IMG/VR virus record: IMGVR_UViG_3300044511_000233
Span: 1 to 64,000 of that record
DNA: 64,000 nt
From: a virus
Reading direction: 5' to 3' (one strand)
Part shown: positions 10,281 to 20,413 of the stretch, piece by piece
Position numbering within the stretch: the stretch's first letter is position 1
Layout of the letters: every line of letters starts with the position of its first letter
The notes under the pieces: model-generated
What the model was told of the DNA's origin: nothing
Databases searched by the model: none
What the model saw: the letters and a program-made list of their open reading frames with translations, nothing else
Translations under genes and position numbers: made by a program

Positions 10281-11764
10281 TGAATGCGCCGCGCTTTAGA
10301 TACAGACTTCGGTTGGTTAGCCTTTGTCTGCTTGGTCGTGTCAGGGCTTATCGACCTGCCTAACGGGTCCGAGTTCGGCGAAACATCCGCCGGATTTGGA
10401 GAAGTGGAAGAGGCAGGGGAATGAAAGCCAGTGCCGGTTAGAGGAGCAACGCCAGGAAGTGGCAAGCGGCCATACATCTCGAGCGTATATTCCTCGTCAG
10501 AAATGATCCCGTCAGAAAGATCCTGTCGAAGACGGTTGGCCTTCAGCAGACGCTGGGGTTCAAGCTCGGTGTCCGGTCGCAACTCAGCCGGTCGGAACTT
10601 CACAACGGCGAAACCCTGATACCCGCGCTGATGCAGACAGAAGCTGAGAACCTTCTCAAACATCTCAGCGATCGGCTCATTGAGCTCATCGGCATACATC
10701 GCGGCAAGCCGAGCTTCGACCGATGATGTGTTCACACCATTGGCGCCGCGGCCAAGAACCGTCGCCATCGTCTTCAGCGCCGCTTGGTTCTGAGCGTTCA
10801 AGGTCTCAATGATTGAAGTGACGTCGATCGCGGCGCCGGGGTTGCGATCGTTCAGGATTTTGAACTCAACCGAGTCCGAATGAATGATCGACTGGTCGGC
10901 GCTGAGTGACTCGATCGACGTGCGCAGCTCATTCATGCGCGCTTGGACGAATTCACGCAGCTTCGTCTGATCAGCGCGCACGTTTGCCGGCGCCGCCTTG
11001 ATCACTACCTCCTCGAGCAGCTTCGCCGTGATCCGCGGGAACCCTGTCTGCCGCATGATGCGGTAGAGGTCATTGATCACCTGCTGCCGTGCAGCGATCG
11101 TGTTGATCGACGCAACGAAGGTGCTGTCAGCGTAAAGTGTTGTCGGGTCGCGGCGATAGAACGATACAAAAAAGGCAGGGGTGTTAATCGCGACAGGATC
11201 GCCGGCTTGCTGTTGCTGCAGCGGGGTATATGTGCCGGATTTGGTTTCTTTCCAGCGGATTGACCCAAAATCGATGTTGCGCAGCGAGTCAGGATTCTGA
11301 GACTTATCATAAACCAGTTCGCACGCAATGCCGCCGCGTAGCAGAATCATATAGCGAAGGTCTGCCGCAAGCTGATAGAGCGACTGCTTGAGCTGAAATC
11401 CTTGCGTATAATCGACTTGCCTCGTCAGGCGCGTAATGATCGATTGAACGTCTTTAGAAGCCTCTGGATCAATAAACCCATCCGCGTCAACTGCCCAGGC
11501 AATGATCTCCGTATTCGCGAGAGTCAGATAACCGTTAACAGCCGACGAAACGTCCGGATCCGACCGGAACATCTGCTTGAGCAGCGTGCGAGTATCGCTC
11601 TGCTGACGCAGCGTGAAAATATCGTTGAGGTGATCATTGAACGCAGGTAGCGCCAGAGGTCGCTGCGTCTGCTGCGGATTAAATGTCGGCGTGAAAAGAG
11701 AGCCGTCGTTCGGCGTTTTCTTCTTCGGGGCAATAATGTTGAGAAGGCCGTCGAGGAGAGCCAC
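10277..11764 (-). CDS. Portal protein
   Basis: 495 aa, directly after the terminase. Confidence 0.8.
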   Translation of the reverse strand: MALLDGLLNIIAPKKKTPNDGSLFTPTFNPQQTQRPLALPAFNDHLNDIFTLRQQSDTRTLLKQMFRSDPDVSSAVNGYLTLANTEIIAWAVDADGFIDPEASKDVQSIITRLTRQVDYTQGFQLKQSLYQLAADLRYMILLRGGIACELVYDKSQNPDSLRNIDFGSIRWKETKSGTYTPLQQQQAGDPVAINTPAFFVSFYRRDPTTLYADSTFVASINTIAARQQVINDLYRIMRQTGFPRITAKLLEEVVIKAAPANVRADQTKLREFVQARMNELRTSIESLSADQSIIHSDSVEFKILNDRNPGAAIDVTSIIETLNAQNQAALKTMATVLGRGANGVNTSSVEARLAAMYADELNEPIAEMFEKVLSFCLHQRGYQGFAVVKFRPAELRPDTELEPQRLLKANRLRQDLSDGIISDEEYTLEMYGRLPLPGVAPLTGTGFHSPASSTSPNPADVSPNSDPLGRSISPDTTKQTKANQPKSVSKARRIQ

Positions 11765-11772
11765 AGAAACCC

Positions 11773-13527
11773 TTAGAGGCGAGAGTGTGGGAACGACCCG
11801 TAGGTGATCTTGTTCAAAGAACTTGGGGACAAGGAGGGTTGTTTAGAAGAGGAGGCAGGAAGCACGAAACATTGGGTACGTTTTTCAGCGTCATGATTAA
11901 GGAAGTCTGTTTCCACCGATTTTCTGGCAATGGAAAGATAAGTTAAAGCGTGGAAGAAGTGATCCTCACCCCGGAGCTTATTCCACGTAGCAGGCGTATC
12001 AGGATTCTCGACACGCACCATGTCGCGAAGATGGGTAATAATCAGTGGGGCCAAGTTGCCATAGCCGTTCAACACAAGTTTTGAACGACGTATAAGAGCA
12101 ACCGCATCGTCGATACCTTTTGTTCGGTGACAATTCCAATGTGAGGGTGACTCCTCGATATCGAATACCTCCTTGATAGTCGGTGAGTTCGGCGCCGTGG
12201 CATAATGCACAGGCATGATCACGTTGTTAGATACGTCACGAATTTGCTCGGAGAGGTTAGTGTCGGGATATCGATCGATGCACCCCGCCACGATGTTGTG
12301 CTTGGATAAAAGCTCGGTGATGAAGGACAGGAGTTTGTTAGAAGGGATCTGCCTGAAGAAGATTGTGGTCTCGAACGTGGCCAGGATGACATGGCATGTA
12401 ATGCCCACGTCGATGCCGAGGAGGCAAGGAACGTCGGAGGAGATCGTGGGCGGAGCCGGGCTCTGCATCGCCGCTCGAATCTCCGCCTCCGTCAAGCGCG
12501 CGCCGCCGGTGTCGTCGGACTGGCCGAGGACGGTGTTGCGAAAACCCTTTAGGTTGTCGAGCCGGGCGTAATTCGAGAGCTGCTTCAGGATATAAGGAAC
12601 AGTGATTGAGGAGACAGATGTGGGCCGCACGCGATAACCGCGGGTGGGGCGCCCCGGATGGCGTGCCACCCACTCACGGAGAGCGGGATCAGTGAGGTCG
12701 AGAGGCTTGGAACACTTCTCGCATCTCCAACGGGCATTGTCGTGGTCAATCGCAAAGATCTGATCCTGCGAGAGCGTCGAGAGATCCTCGACGTCGTTTT
12801 TGAGGCCGGGGAGTGCGACGAAACGTGGCTCGAAGGTTGGTATCTGGTGATGATTGCAGCTCGGACACTTGTAGAGATACTCGAACTGGTCAGAGTTCGT
12901 GTAGAGGGCATCGATCCCGTAGCCTGTGTATGTCGGTGTCGAGAACGCCTGAGTGATCTTGTAACTGGAACCCTGAAGTCGCGACTGAAACAGCGCGATC
13001 ATCTCCTGGTCGGAGAGATCCAACTCGTCGTGCATCAGAATATCTGCTGAGATAGATGTCGCATCGCCCTCAGTATTCCCGGTCATAAAACCAAATGACT
13101 GATCAATTTGATATATAGACTTTTGCCTGACAGGTTTATCTACTGTTGGGGGGTTAAAGATAAGTTCATTATCAACCAACGGGCGTACTCGCGTCTGAGA
13201 GAAGCGATCTCGCATAACATCCGTCGGCATTGTATAAATACCTGTCACGGCGGGTGTACGTCGCAGAAATGCGAGATATTTTCTGATTTGAATCTCAGAC
13301 AGACCAACCTGTGAAAGCTTCTCGCAGCACAAGTTCGGGTGATTGTCGTTGATAATTTGAATCTGAAACTCATAGCCTTTGAATGAGAAGGGTTTCTTTT
13401 TAAGATGAGTATTAACCATGAGCCACTCGCTCATAGGCATATTTAATTGATCTGACCCAAATCTCTGCTCAAGAGTTGCAATGAAACTGGAGAGATGAGT
13501 GTCACGCGACATTGGCAAACTCACCAT
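11773..13527 (-). CDS. terL: Terminase large subunit (lambda GpA-like)
   Basis: KLSQVGLSE Walker A-like, DELD Walker B, STPT, YKCPSC Zn finger, GIDVG nuclease motif, DHFFHA. Confidence 0.9.
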   Translation of the reverse strand: MVSLPMSRDTHLSSFIATLEQRFGSDQLNMPMSEWLMVNTHLKKKPFSFKGYEFQIQIINDNHPNLCCEKLSQVGLSEIQIRKYLAFLRRTPAVTGIYTMPTDVMRDRFSQTRVRPLVDNELIFNPPTVDKPVRQKSIYQIDQSFGFMTGNTEGDATSISADILMHDELDLSDQEMIALFQSRLQGSSYKITQAFSTPTYTGYGIDALYTNSDQFEYLYKCPSCNHHQIPTFEPRFVALPGLKNDVEDLSTLSQDQIFAIDHDNARWRCEKCSKPLDLTDPALREWVARHPGRPTRGYRVRPTSVSSITVPYILKQLSNYARLDNLKGFRNTVLGQSDDTGGARLTEAEIRAAMQSPAPPTISSDVPCLLGIDVGITCHVILATFETTIFFRQIPSNKLLSFITELLSKHNIVAGCIDRYPDTNLSEQIRDVSNNVIMPVHYATAPNSPTIKEVFDIEESPSHWNCHRTKGIDDAVALIRRSKLVLNGYGNLAPLIITHLRDMVRVENPDTPATWNKLRGEDHFFHALTYLSIARKSVETDFLNHDAEKRTQCFVLPASSSKQPSLSPSSLNKITYGSFPHSRL

Positions 13528-14053
13528 AGTGGGATTGAGCTGCCTGTTTTCGAGCGGCTGTCGCTTCCTCTAAAGTATCATAGTATCCAACTATAACCTC
13601 TTTCCTGTTCTGATGAACCCTTACTCTATATTTGCGCATCTTCTTATGCCATGATACCCCTGTAACTCCTGTCGTATTATCTGATCGAATCCCCTGATTA
13701 ATAATGTTTTGAGACCGGGTTGCTGGTCGAAGGTTATTCCATTCATTACTTGATGAGTGACGATTCTTATGATCAATATCTTCAGTAGGCCATGATTTAG
13801 TCATTAGGACATGAGCAATAACATGCACATAAAAACTCATAACTTTATCGCCGATCGTCACTCGCGCATGACGATAGCCTTTTCCGGTAATACTACGAAT
13901 TTCTTTGCCAGAGTATTTTGAGTTGAACGTCCTCCAACCTCGATCGCTATTAAAGTGCTCTCGAGGCCTAACTTTCCAGGTCAGGCCCCCTGTCTCAGGA
14001 TCATAATCAAAACACTCATGGAGATACTCAGGGGTCGGCTGCTCTTTTTGCAT
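13502..14053 (-). CDS. HNH homing endonuclease (HNH-AP2)
   Basis: FDYDPETG, IDHKNR..NEWNNLR, NTTGVTGV. Confidence 0.88.
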   Translation of the reverse strand: MQKEQPTPEYLHECFDYDPETGGLTWKVRPREHFNSDRGWRTFNSKYSGKEIRSITGKGYRHARVTIGDKVMSFYVHVIAHVLMTKSWPTEDIDHKNRHSSSNEWNNLRPATRSQNIINQGIRSDNTTGVTGVSWHKKMRKYRVRVHQNRKEVIVGYYDTLEEATAARKQAAQSHYGEFANVA

Positions 14054-14191
14054 CTGACCAAGATAATGACGTTCGTCACAAATTGAATCATCGAGAGCGA
14101 GTCTCTGGGAGAGAAAATTTTTCTGTGGTTGCGCGCGCAGCACCGCATCGCCATCCTTACTGACTCGCCAAAGTCAAGCCCAGGGGCACAC

Positions 14192-14692
14192 GTGGCTCAT
14201 TTTCCTCTACTTCCTGAGAACTTCGAAACACGAATGACGGCCATTATGCTGGCCGCCGAGGCGGAAGGGGGAAGTAAGACGTGGCTTGCTGAAGAGGGCT
14301 GTCCGTATCGTGACGGGGAGAAGAAGCTCTTACTGAAGCTGCTATCGGACAAGGAAGGAGCTGAGGTTGAGGTTCAGAACATCTTCCAAGGTGAGAGTGT
14401 AAGCAGCGATCTGGATCGCTTTGATATATTGCTTAGTGAAATTGAAAATACTATTTCAGAAATGAAGATGCTGGAGATCGCGGTTCGCGCAGATGACGAC
14501 GCTGCTGCTCGCGTCCAGGTGATCAAAGCCAAAACAGTCTTGCTGGAGAAGTGGGTATCTCTCAAAGCGGACGTCTATTCAATGCAGGAAATGGCGCGAT
14601 TTCAGAGCGTGGTTCTCGAGATGATTGAGAGCATGCTCGATAGCGATCAGCGTGCCGAGCTGATTAAACGCCTCAAGGTAGTAGGCAGGTAG
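14192..14692 (+). CDS. Helical hypothetical protein, possible terminase small subunit
   Basis: GTG start after GGGG. Coiled-coil rich and divergent from terL. Function inferred from position only. Confidence 0.4.
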   Translation: MAHFPLLPENFETRMTAIMLAAEAEGGSKTWLAEEGCPYRDGEKKLLLKLLSDKEGAEVEVQNIFQGESVSSDLDRFDILLSEIENTISEMKMLEIAVRADDDAAARVQVIKAKTVLLEKWVSLKADVYSMQEMARFQSVVLEMIESMLDSDQRAELIKRLKVVGR

Positions 14693-14715
14693 GCAAATAA
14701 GCAAGAAGGTGGCTA

Positions 14716-17190
14716 ATGGTTTTCGCAGTTGAGGCTCCCCGCTATTGGGAACGCGGGTTGAGCGTGATTCCGGTGCTGGGTAAGCGGCCAGTTCAGAAAG
14801 AGTGGGCAAAGTGGGCTCTTGAGCTGCCTTCGGTTGAAGAGCGAGAACAGTGGCTGCAGACGTTTAGTGAGAAGAAGTATGGAATAGGGCTCGTCTGTGG
14901 TCCTCAAAGCGGCATATGCGCGGTCGATATCGACAGCGATGAAGATCGTGTGATCGGCGCCGTCGAGCGTGTTCTGCCACGGTCGGGATGGGAGCGCGTC
15001 GGCAAGAAGGGCAAAGTGTTGATCTATAAGTTCCGTGATCCACGGAACTTTACTGTGAAGGGAGTCGATGGGAAGGGCATCATCGACGTTTTGTCGTTGA
15101 AGCGACAGTTCATCTTGCCCCCATCGATCCATCCCGACACTGGTAAGCCGTATTGGGCTAATCGAGACCTACTCGAGATGCTTGATGGGGCTGAGGGGGA
15201 GTTGGCGGACCTTCCGAATGGGCTTGATCTGGTTCTGAAAGCTGCTCTGAAGGATGTTGGTATTGAGACATCGTCAACGTCGGGCAGGGTGGTTGTCACC
15301 AATTACGTTAGTTCTGGGAATCGCGACAACACGTTGTTGCGGATATGTGGTCTCTATTCGAAGGAGATTGTCGACGGAAACTGGACGTTTTTACAGCAAG
15401 TGGAGCGGCTGGAAGGTTGGGTCGAGGGTTTTGTTGAGAAGATTTGGGGTGATGAGCTGACAATTGGTCATGCTGTTGAGCGACTTGTCTATTGTCTTCG
15501 GCGGGACGTCTTTGAGCACGGAAAAACGCTGCCGGTGGGGTGGGACGAAGGATTGAGTGATGAGGCCAGAGAGGCGTTTGGGCTCGGAGAGTTCGATGAC
15601 AGTCGGCGCCGGTGGTCTTTCAAAGAGATTCTGGATTGGTTCAACGGCGAAGTGGCGGCCGGGGGGGGCGTCGATGTAAATGATGAGAGTCAGATGATGA
15701 CTCTCGTCGATAAGGCCCTGGTTAAAATCGCCGGTAATACGGATCTGGTGTCGACCGAAGAAGACAGGTTGCTGAAGGTCATATCGGATACCGCACGAGG
15801 CGCATTTCGGCTTGTTTCTCTTCGAAAGCGTGTGAAAGAGCTGCGACGGGGGATTGTTGTTGGTGAAACCCATGCCGAGGTTGCCGAAGCTATCCTGAAA
15901 CTGATTGAGGAGAACGGTGAAGTCCGGTTTTGTAACGGAAAATTCTGGCAGTGGGTGGGGTCGCACTGGCTTAGTCTAAACGATAGCGATCTCTTGAATC
16001 TGATAATAATGAACTCGAAGGGAATGCAGTCAGCAAAAAAGAACAGTGACTATAATGGCGTGTTGCGCACGATGCAGGCGACTCGAACAACAGAGCTCAT
16101 TCGAGTTACGATCAAGGGCGTCAATTTCGTCAATGGGTTTCTTGATGAAGATCTAGTGCTTCGGGCTCATGATCGGGACTACGGATGCACCTATTGCTTG
16201 AATTATGCCTATGAACCAGGGTTAGCGAGTGAGTGTTTGCTATGGCAGAACATGCTTCGCGACTTTTGGGGAGAGGATGAGGACTATCAAGACAAAATTC
16301 AGGCGCTTCGAGAGGCAATGGCTGCGACGATTTTCGGGGTCGCGACACGCTACCAACGTGCATTCATCTTCAAAGGCGTTGCTGGGGCTGGTAAAACCAG
16401 AATATTGCATCTGATGCGAGCGTTGATGCCCCCTGGAACCAGTAGTGCAGTTCCACCGGAGAAGTTTGCTGAGAAATTTGAGAGCACCGAGCTCGCTGGT
16501 AAGCTTTTGAACATGGCGGGAGAGCTCTCGAAGCAGAAAATCCCCGGCAAACACTTCAAAACTATTATTGAGGGTGGTGAGCTGCAGGGTCAATTCAAAA
16601 ATAAACCTGTTTTCAGCTATACACCCCTCTGTGCTCACTGGTTTGGATCAAATCACTGGCCGAAGGTGGACGATCCGGACGGAGGATGGCTCCGTAGGTG
16701 GCTCTTTTTCAGGTTTGATCGACCATTGCCGCCGGAGAAAAGGATTGAAAATGTTGAAGAGATGATCCTTGGGCAAGAGCGTGAAGCCATTATGGCTTGG
16801 GCGGTTCAAGGAATTGTGAGTTTGAAGCTTAATCGAGAATATCGTTTATCGAAATCTCATTACGAATGCATCGAGGAGATGAATAGGAACGGTGACTCTG
16901 TGGGTTTTTGGTGGGGCCATTTTGTGGAGTCCGGGCGACTCAGGTACGGAATGGCCCAACATACGCAGGTTACCCCGAAATTCACTTCAGTAGATCATCT
17001 CTTCCGCGCATATCGGCTCTTTTGCTCCAGCACGGCAGGTGCCTCGCATGTGGGGCTTCAGACCTTCATCGAGCGCATGGTGGAAGTAGGGGTGAAGAAG
17101 GGATTCTCACCGATACGTCAGGAAGGTGGGGGGATTACCGCGTTCTTGTTTCTCACACTGTGTGCGGAAACCCCGGTGGCGTCTCCATAA
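14716..17190 (+). CDS. Bifunctional Prim-Pol primase / D5-type SF3 helicase
   Basis: GLSVIPV..KRP, GIGLVCG, DID, PPSIHPDTGKPY, Walker A GVAGAGKT, GWLRRW. Confidence 0.92.
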   Translation: MVFAVEAPRYWERGLSVIPVLGKRPVQKEWAKWALELPSVEEREQWLQTFSEKKYGIGLVCGPQSGICAVDIDSDEDRVIGAVERVLPRSGWERVGKKGKVLIYKFRDPRNFTVKGVDGKGIIDVLSLKRQFILPPSIHPDTGKPYWANRDLLEMLDGAEGELADLPNGLDLVLKAALKDVGIETSSTSGRVVVTNYVSSGNRDNTLLRICGLYSKEIVDGNWTFLQQVERLEGWVEGFVEKIWGDELTIGHAVERLVYCLRRDVFEHGKTLPVGWDEGLSDEAREAFGLGEFDDSRRRWSFKEILDWFNGEVAAGGGVDVNDESQMMTLVDKALVKIAGNTDLVSTEEDRLLKVISDTARGAFRLVSLRKRVKELRRGIVVGETHAEVAEAILKLIEENGEVRFCNGKFWQWVGSHWLSLNDSDLLNLIIMNSKGMQSAKKNSDYNGVLRTMQATRTTELIRVTIKGVNFVNGFLDEDLVLRAHDRDYGCTYCLNYAYEPGLASECLLWQNMLRDFWGEDEDYQDKIQALREAMAATIFGVATRYQRAFIFKGVAGAGKTRILHLMRALMPPGTSSAVPPEKFAEKFESTELAGKLLNMAGELSKQKIPGKHFKTIIEGGELQGQFKNKPVFSYTPLCAHWFGSNHWPKVDDPDGGWLRRWLFFRFDRPLPPEKRIENVEEMILGQEREAIMAWAVQGIVSLKLNREYRLSKSHYECIEEMNRNGDSVGFWWGHFVESGRLRYGMAQHTQVTPKFTSVDHLFRAYRLFCSSTAGASHVGLQTFIERMVEVGVKKGFSPIRQEGGGITAFLFLTLCAETPVASP

Positions 17191-17655
17191 GTCAGTGGGA
17201 CTGGCTTGAAGTGCTCGCAGGATTGAAGGCCTGGGAGAATGACTAAATCTGCTTAGTTAAGATGGAGGGTTAAATGGAGAGTAACAGCTCAGCACGTAAT
17301 CCAGATCAACAGTTCCAGATCGGAGATTCCGTGCTTTATGTTCCTGAGGGTGTTTATGCGACGATTGATGGATATATTTGGATGCAGACTATAGGACAAG
17401 TTCCTAAAATTGCTGCTTATAAGTTATCTATTGGTATTTCGGTTCCAGAAAATAGCATTATTCACAAAGAGTCACGTAGTATTTAATTTCCATCTTCTAA
17501 ACTGCGACTGTTTATTATCGATGGCCCTGGGGTCTGAAAAATAGGCTTATTAAAGGGTCGTGCCCTAAGCGTGAACTTTAATGAATTGATGTAGAGTATT
17601 TGTGTCAGTGGGACTGGTTCGAAGTGCTTGCAGAGTTGAAGACCTGGGAGAATGA
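17191..17655 (+). repeat. 52-bp imperfect direct repeat (17191-17242 and 17604-17655) flanking a small ORF
   Basis: 46 of 52 positions identical by direct alignment. Confidence 0.9.
17274..17486 (+). CDS. Small AT-rich hypothetical protein (moron-like)
   Basis: GGAGGG RBS; lies between the direct repeats. Confidence 0.65.
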   Translation: MESNSSARNPDQQFQIGDSVLYVPEGVYATIDGYIWMQTIGQVPKIAAYKLSIGISVPENSIIHKESRSI

Positions 17656-17835
17656 TCAGATGAATGATTCCACTTTCGGCCCTGAAATCAAGCCTCCGGA
17701 AGGATGGGAATAAACAATTCGGGCCGAGACCCTGATTAGGTGAGGGTGAGTGTTTCTGCTTCCTATCAGGAACGAGGCCGAGAGCCCTGATTAGTTGAGA
17801 ATGTACGTTTGTGTTGGGGGCTGTGGGCGTGGTTG

Positions 17836-17864
17836 AGGCCGTCTCTGGTAGAGACGGCCTTTTG
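17836..17864 (+). terminator. Hairpin AGGCCGTCTCT-GGT-AGAGACGGCCT followed by TTT
   Basis: 11-bp perfect stem containing the recurring palindrome. Confidence 0.7.
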
Positions 17865-18174
17865 CTATCTAGGCGCCCTGTGCTGGCGCCGTATGTTGAT
17901 CGTGTTGGTTCACTCAACATGGAGCATAAAGAAATGAGAGGGATTACCTCAACAATACAAGTACTAGCATCTGAAAACTCAAAATTTTAGCTAGTATAGA
18001 TGTGGCAGGGCGGTTCCTCCCAGCCCTCTTTTCCCCTATATTTTCATATACTTATCCCCTCTCAACATCATTCTGACTTCTACCTTATCCCTCATTACTT
18101 TTAGTCCCATCGGTCACAAGCCGACACCAGCCCTCACTAGGCCGGAACGTCACTCCCTTGCCCACTGGCGAACA

Positions 18175-19687
18175 TTGCCAGTTGGCAAACAACACGAAAG
18201 AGAAACCAATGTCCGCTACTTACTCCAAAGGGCTTAAAGCCAACTCCCTACAAGCTGCTAAAACGTGGCAGTCGGCGAAGACGCAGGCTTACGTTGCGTT
18301 CACCTTGCAGGCTCTTGACGGCCTGAATTGGGGCGAAGGAAAGGGCCAGCAACAGGCCGCAATTCAGAACGCCATTCGCATGGTGATGTTTGATGCCGGC
18401 GTCAATCCGACCGATCGGAGCCGGGTCAGTTCAACCGCCGTGCGTCTCGCCGCTAAGGTGAGCAAGCATTACCAGCAGCACAAACTAATCACTGCGGCAA
18501 AGGATGCATCCTCAATCGAGGAAGCGACCGAAGCCCTTACGTCTTTCTTGTCCGGGCTCGGCGTCAAAGCCGCCTATCAATTCGAGGCTTGGGCGAAGTC
18601 CGCCGACGCAATGGCGCTGTCCAAGGCCGCATCCAAGGCGGCGCTGGCCGACAAGGTTGGCGGAGTGGCAAAGGCCGCCACTCCCGCCCAGGATGACGCC
18701 AAGAGCGAGGAACCCGCCACCAGCGAGGAACCCAACACGATTGCCGTCATCGATACGTCGGAGAAGGCGCTTGCCGCCATCCTGCCGGCCGTCGCTCGGC
18801 TCAACAATCGCGATCTGAAGCGGCTTGAGGCGGCTATTGCCGCCCGCCGCGAGAGCCTTACGGCTGCGGCGCAGACGAAGCGTGCGGCCAAGGCTGTGGA
18901 CGTGGACGCTGAAATTAAGAAAGCGGCCTAACACAATCAGGCGGGCGGGCGCCGAGAGCGCCCGCCTCAGCCTCAGCCTCAGCCTCACGCCCGCACACGT
19001 TCCGCTCCGCGATGCACGGGGGAAGTGTGTCCTTTGAAGGAGATTGCCAGATGGCAAACCAGAACCGGCGCTCCCATCGCGCTCTGGCGGTGGCCCACAG
19101 CCCGCGCGAAAACGCCACATTCGCCTTGTCCGCGCTGCTCGTCGCGCTGCTCGCCCTGTGGCCCGTCGCCATCCTGCTCAGGCTGGCGGTGCGGCTGTGA
19201 GCGGGCGCGTGTTGCGCGATCTGCGCGACCCTGGGGTCGAAGACGGGGATTTCGTTCCTTTCACCAACTTCGGCTTCAGCGTGATGGTGAGCGCCGCCGT
19301 GCGCCATCAGGAACATATGGCGGCGCTGCGCAAGCAGGCGCATGCGCCGGCCGGTTATGGCTTTGAACGCGCCGACGCGGGGGCGATCGAGCATATCCCG
19401 CTCCCTCACTCTCCCACAAGCGTCAAGCCACGGTCAAAATGGAAAAAGCAGCCCTGGCGGCGTCGCCGCTGGGCGCAGGACGGTTATAAATAGGCGTGAG
19501 CCGCTCGGCGTCGTCGGGCGGCTTATGCGCATAGAGCCCGCTGGCTCTTTCACGCCCACACCCCCGCCCATACGCTCAACCCCCATTCCAGAGCCTGCTC
19601 TGGCTCAAGCACGTGCGTCCCGGCGGGGGTGTGGGCGCGATTTCGACAGGCGCAGTGTCTCGATCGCGGGACATTGCCAGTTGGCAA
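18175..19687. promoter_or_regulatory. Three copies of palindrome TTGCCA-N2-TGGCAA (18175, 19044, 19674)
   Basis: Each copy lies at or just before a start codon (18209, 19051, 19706). Confidence 0.75.
18209..18931 (+). CDS. Ala/Lys-rich pre-early hypothetical protein
   Basis: ATG after GAAAGAGA, biased codons, GC hairpin after the stop. Confidence 0.75.
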   Translation: MSATYSKGLKANSLQAAKTWQSAKTQAYVAFTLQALDGLNWGEGKGQQQAAIQNAIRMVMFDAGVNPTDRSRVSSTAVRLAAKVSKHYQQHKLITAAKDASSIEEATEALTSFLSGLGVKAAYQFEAWAKSADAMALSKAASKAALADKVGGVAKAATPAQDDAKSEEPATSEEPNTIAVIDTSEKALAAILPAVARLNNRDLKRLEAAIAARRESLTAAAQTKRAAKAVDVDAEIKKAA

Positions 19688-20124
19688 ACAGAAAGGGCTC
19701 CTCCCATGCGCTACGGCGCTCACCCTCACTTCACCCGCCCAGAGGACGACCAACACGCCCTAGGGGCGCTCCTGGCCCGTCTGGAGGCCGAACGGGAACA
19801 GGAGCGGCTGCGTCGGCAGCGCCGGTTAGAGCTCGTCCGCGTCGACGAGAGCCTGTGGCGGTGTGCTGGACTTGGTTCTGGAATTCAGAGCCGAGGAGGG
19901 ACCCGATGAAGATCGGCGACACGGTTCGCATTCACCCCGCGTGCGACGCCTTCATGCAGGGCATGACGCATGGCGTGATCAAGCACATCGGCAAGAAATG
20001 GATCACGGTGACGTGGACGCTAAATTGCGGCGTCAAACGACAGTTTCGCCGTTGGCATCTCATGGACATGGACGGCAACCCGTTCGAGGAGTGGCCAGAA
20101 GAACGGCCAGGGCGGGGAAAATAA
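19051..20124 (+). other. Four small pre-early CDS: 19051-19200 (membrane peptide), 19197-19493, 19706-19909, 19906-20124
   Basis: RBS GAAGGAG and GAGGAGG; GTGA/ATGA coupled overlaps. Confidence 0.6.
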
Positions 20125-20213
20125 GTGTAGCGCTTACCGAGCGCTTTGTTCGCGTTTTGTGCCAGTTGTGGTGGGTAGAAAGTGGCGCCCGGTGCGCGCG
20201 AGGGTAGGTCAGG

Positions 20214-20386
20214 AATATAGTGAAATCACTATATTGTTACCATTTGGGGTATTTAGTAGTCCTCTTTTTTCTTGACATTGGCCTCTAAAGAAAAAAATAA
20301 ACTCTAATAGAGATGTAATAAAAATAAGAAATAGGGTGTCGAGTTGGGGTTTGGGTTTGGCCTACCGTATGGTAACAATGGTAACC
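20214..20386. other. Candidate replication origin
   Basis: 10-bp inverted repeat AATATAGTGA-AA-TCACTATATT, inverted ATTGTTACCAT/ATGGTAACAAT pair plus a tandem ATGGTAAC, all flanking a very AT-rich tract. Confidence 0.5.
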
Positions 20387-20413
20387 AACAAGGTCCAAGA
20401 AGAGGAAAATATT

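Noticed and set aside
11773-14053. Group I intron or intein associated with HNH genes, terL or polA
   Set aside because: The flanking genes look complete with all motifs in one ORF; the HNHs are free-standing.
17257-17273. CtrA box
   Set aside because: TTAA half-sites are 9 nt apart, not 7.
18165-18190. Sigma54 promoter in TGGC...TTGC
   Set aside because: Spacing between TGGC and TTGC is 5 nt rather than the required 7.
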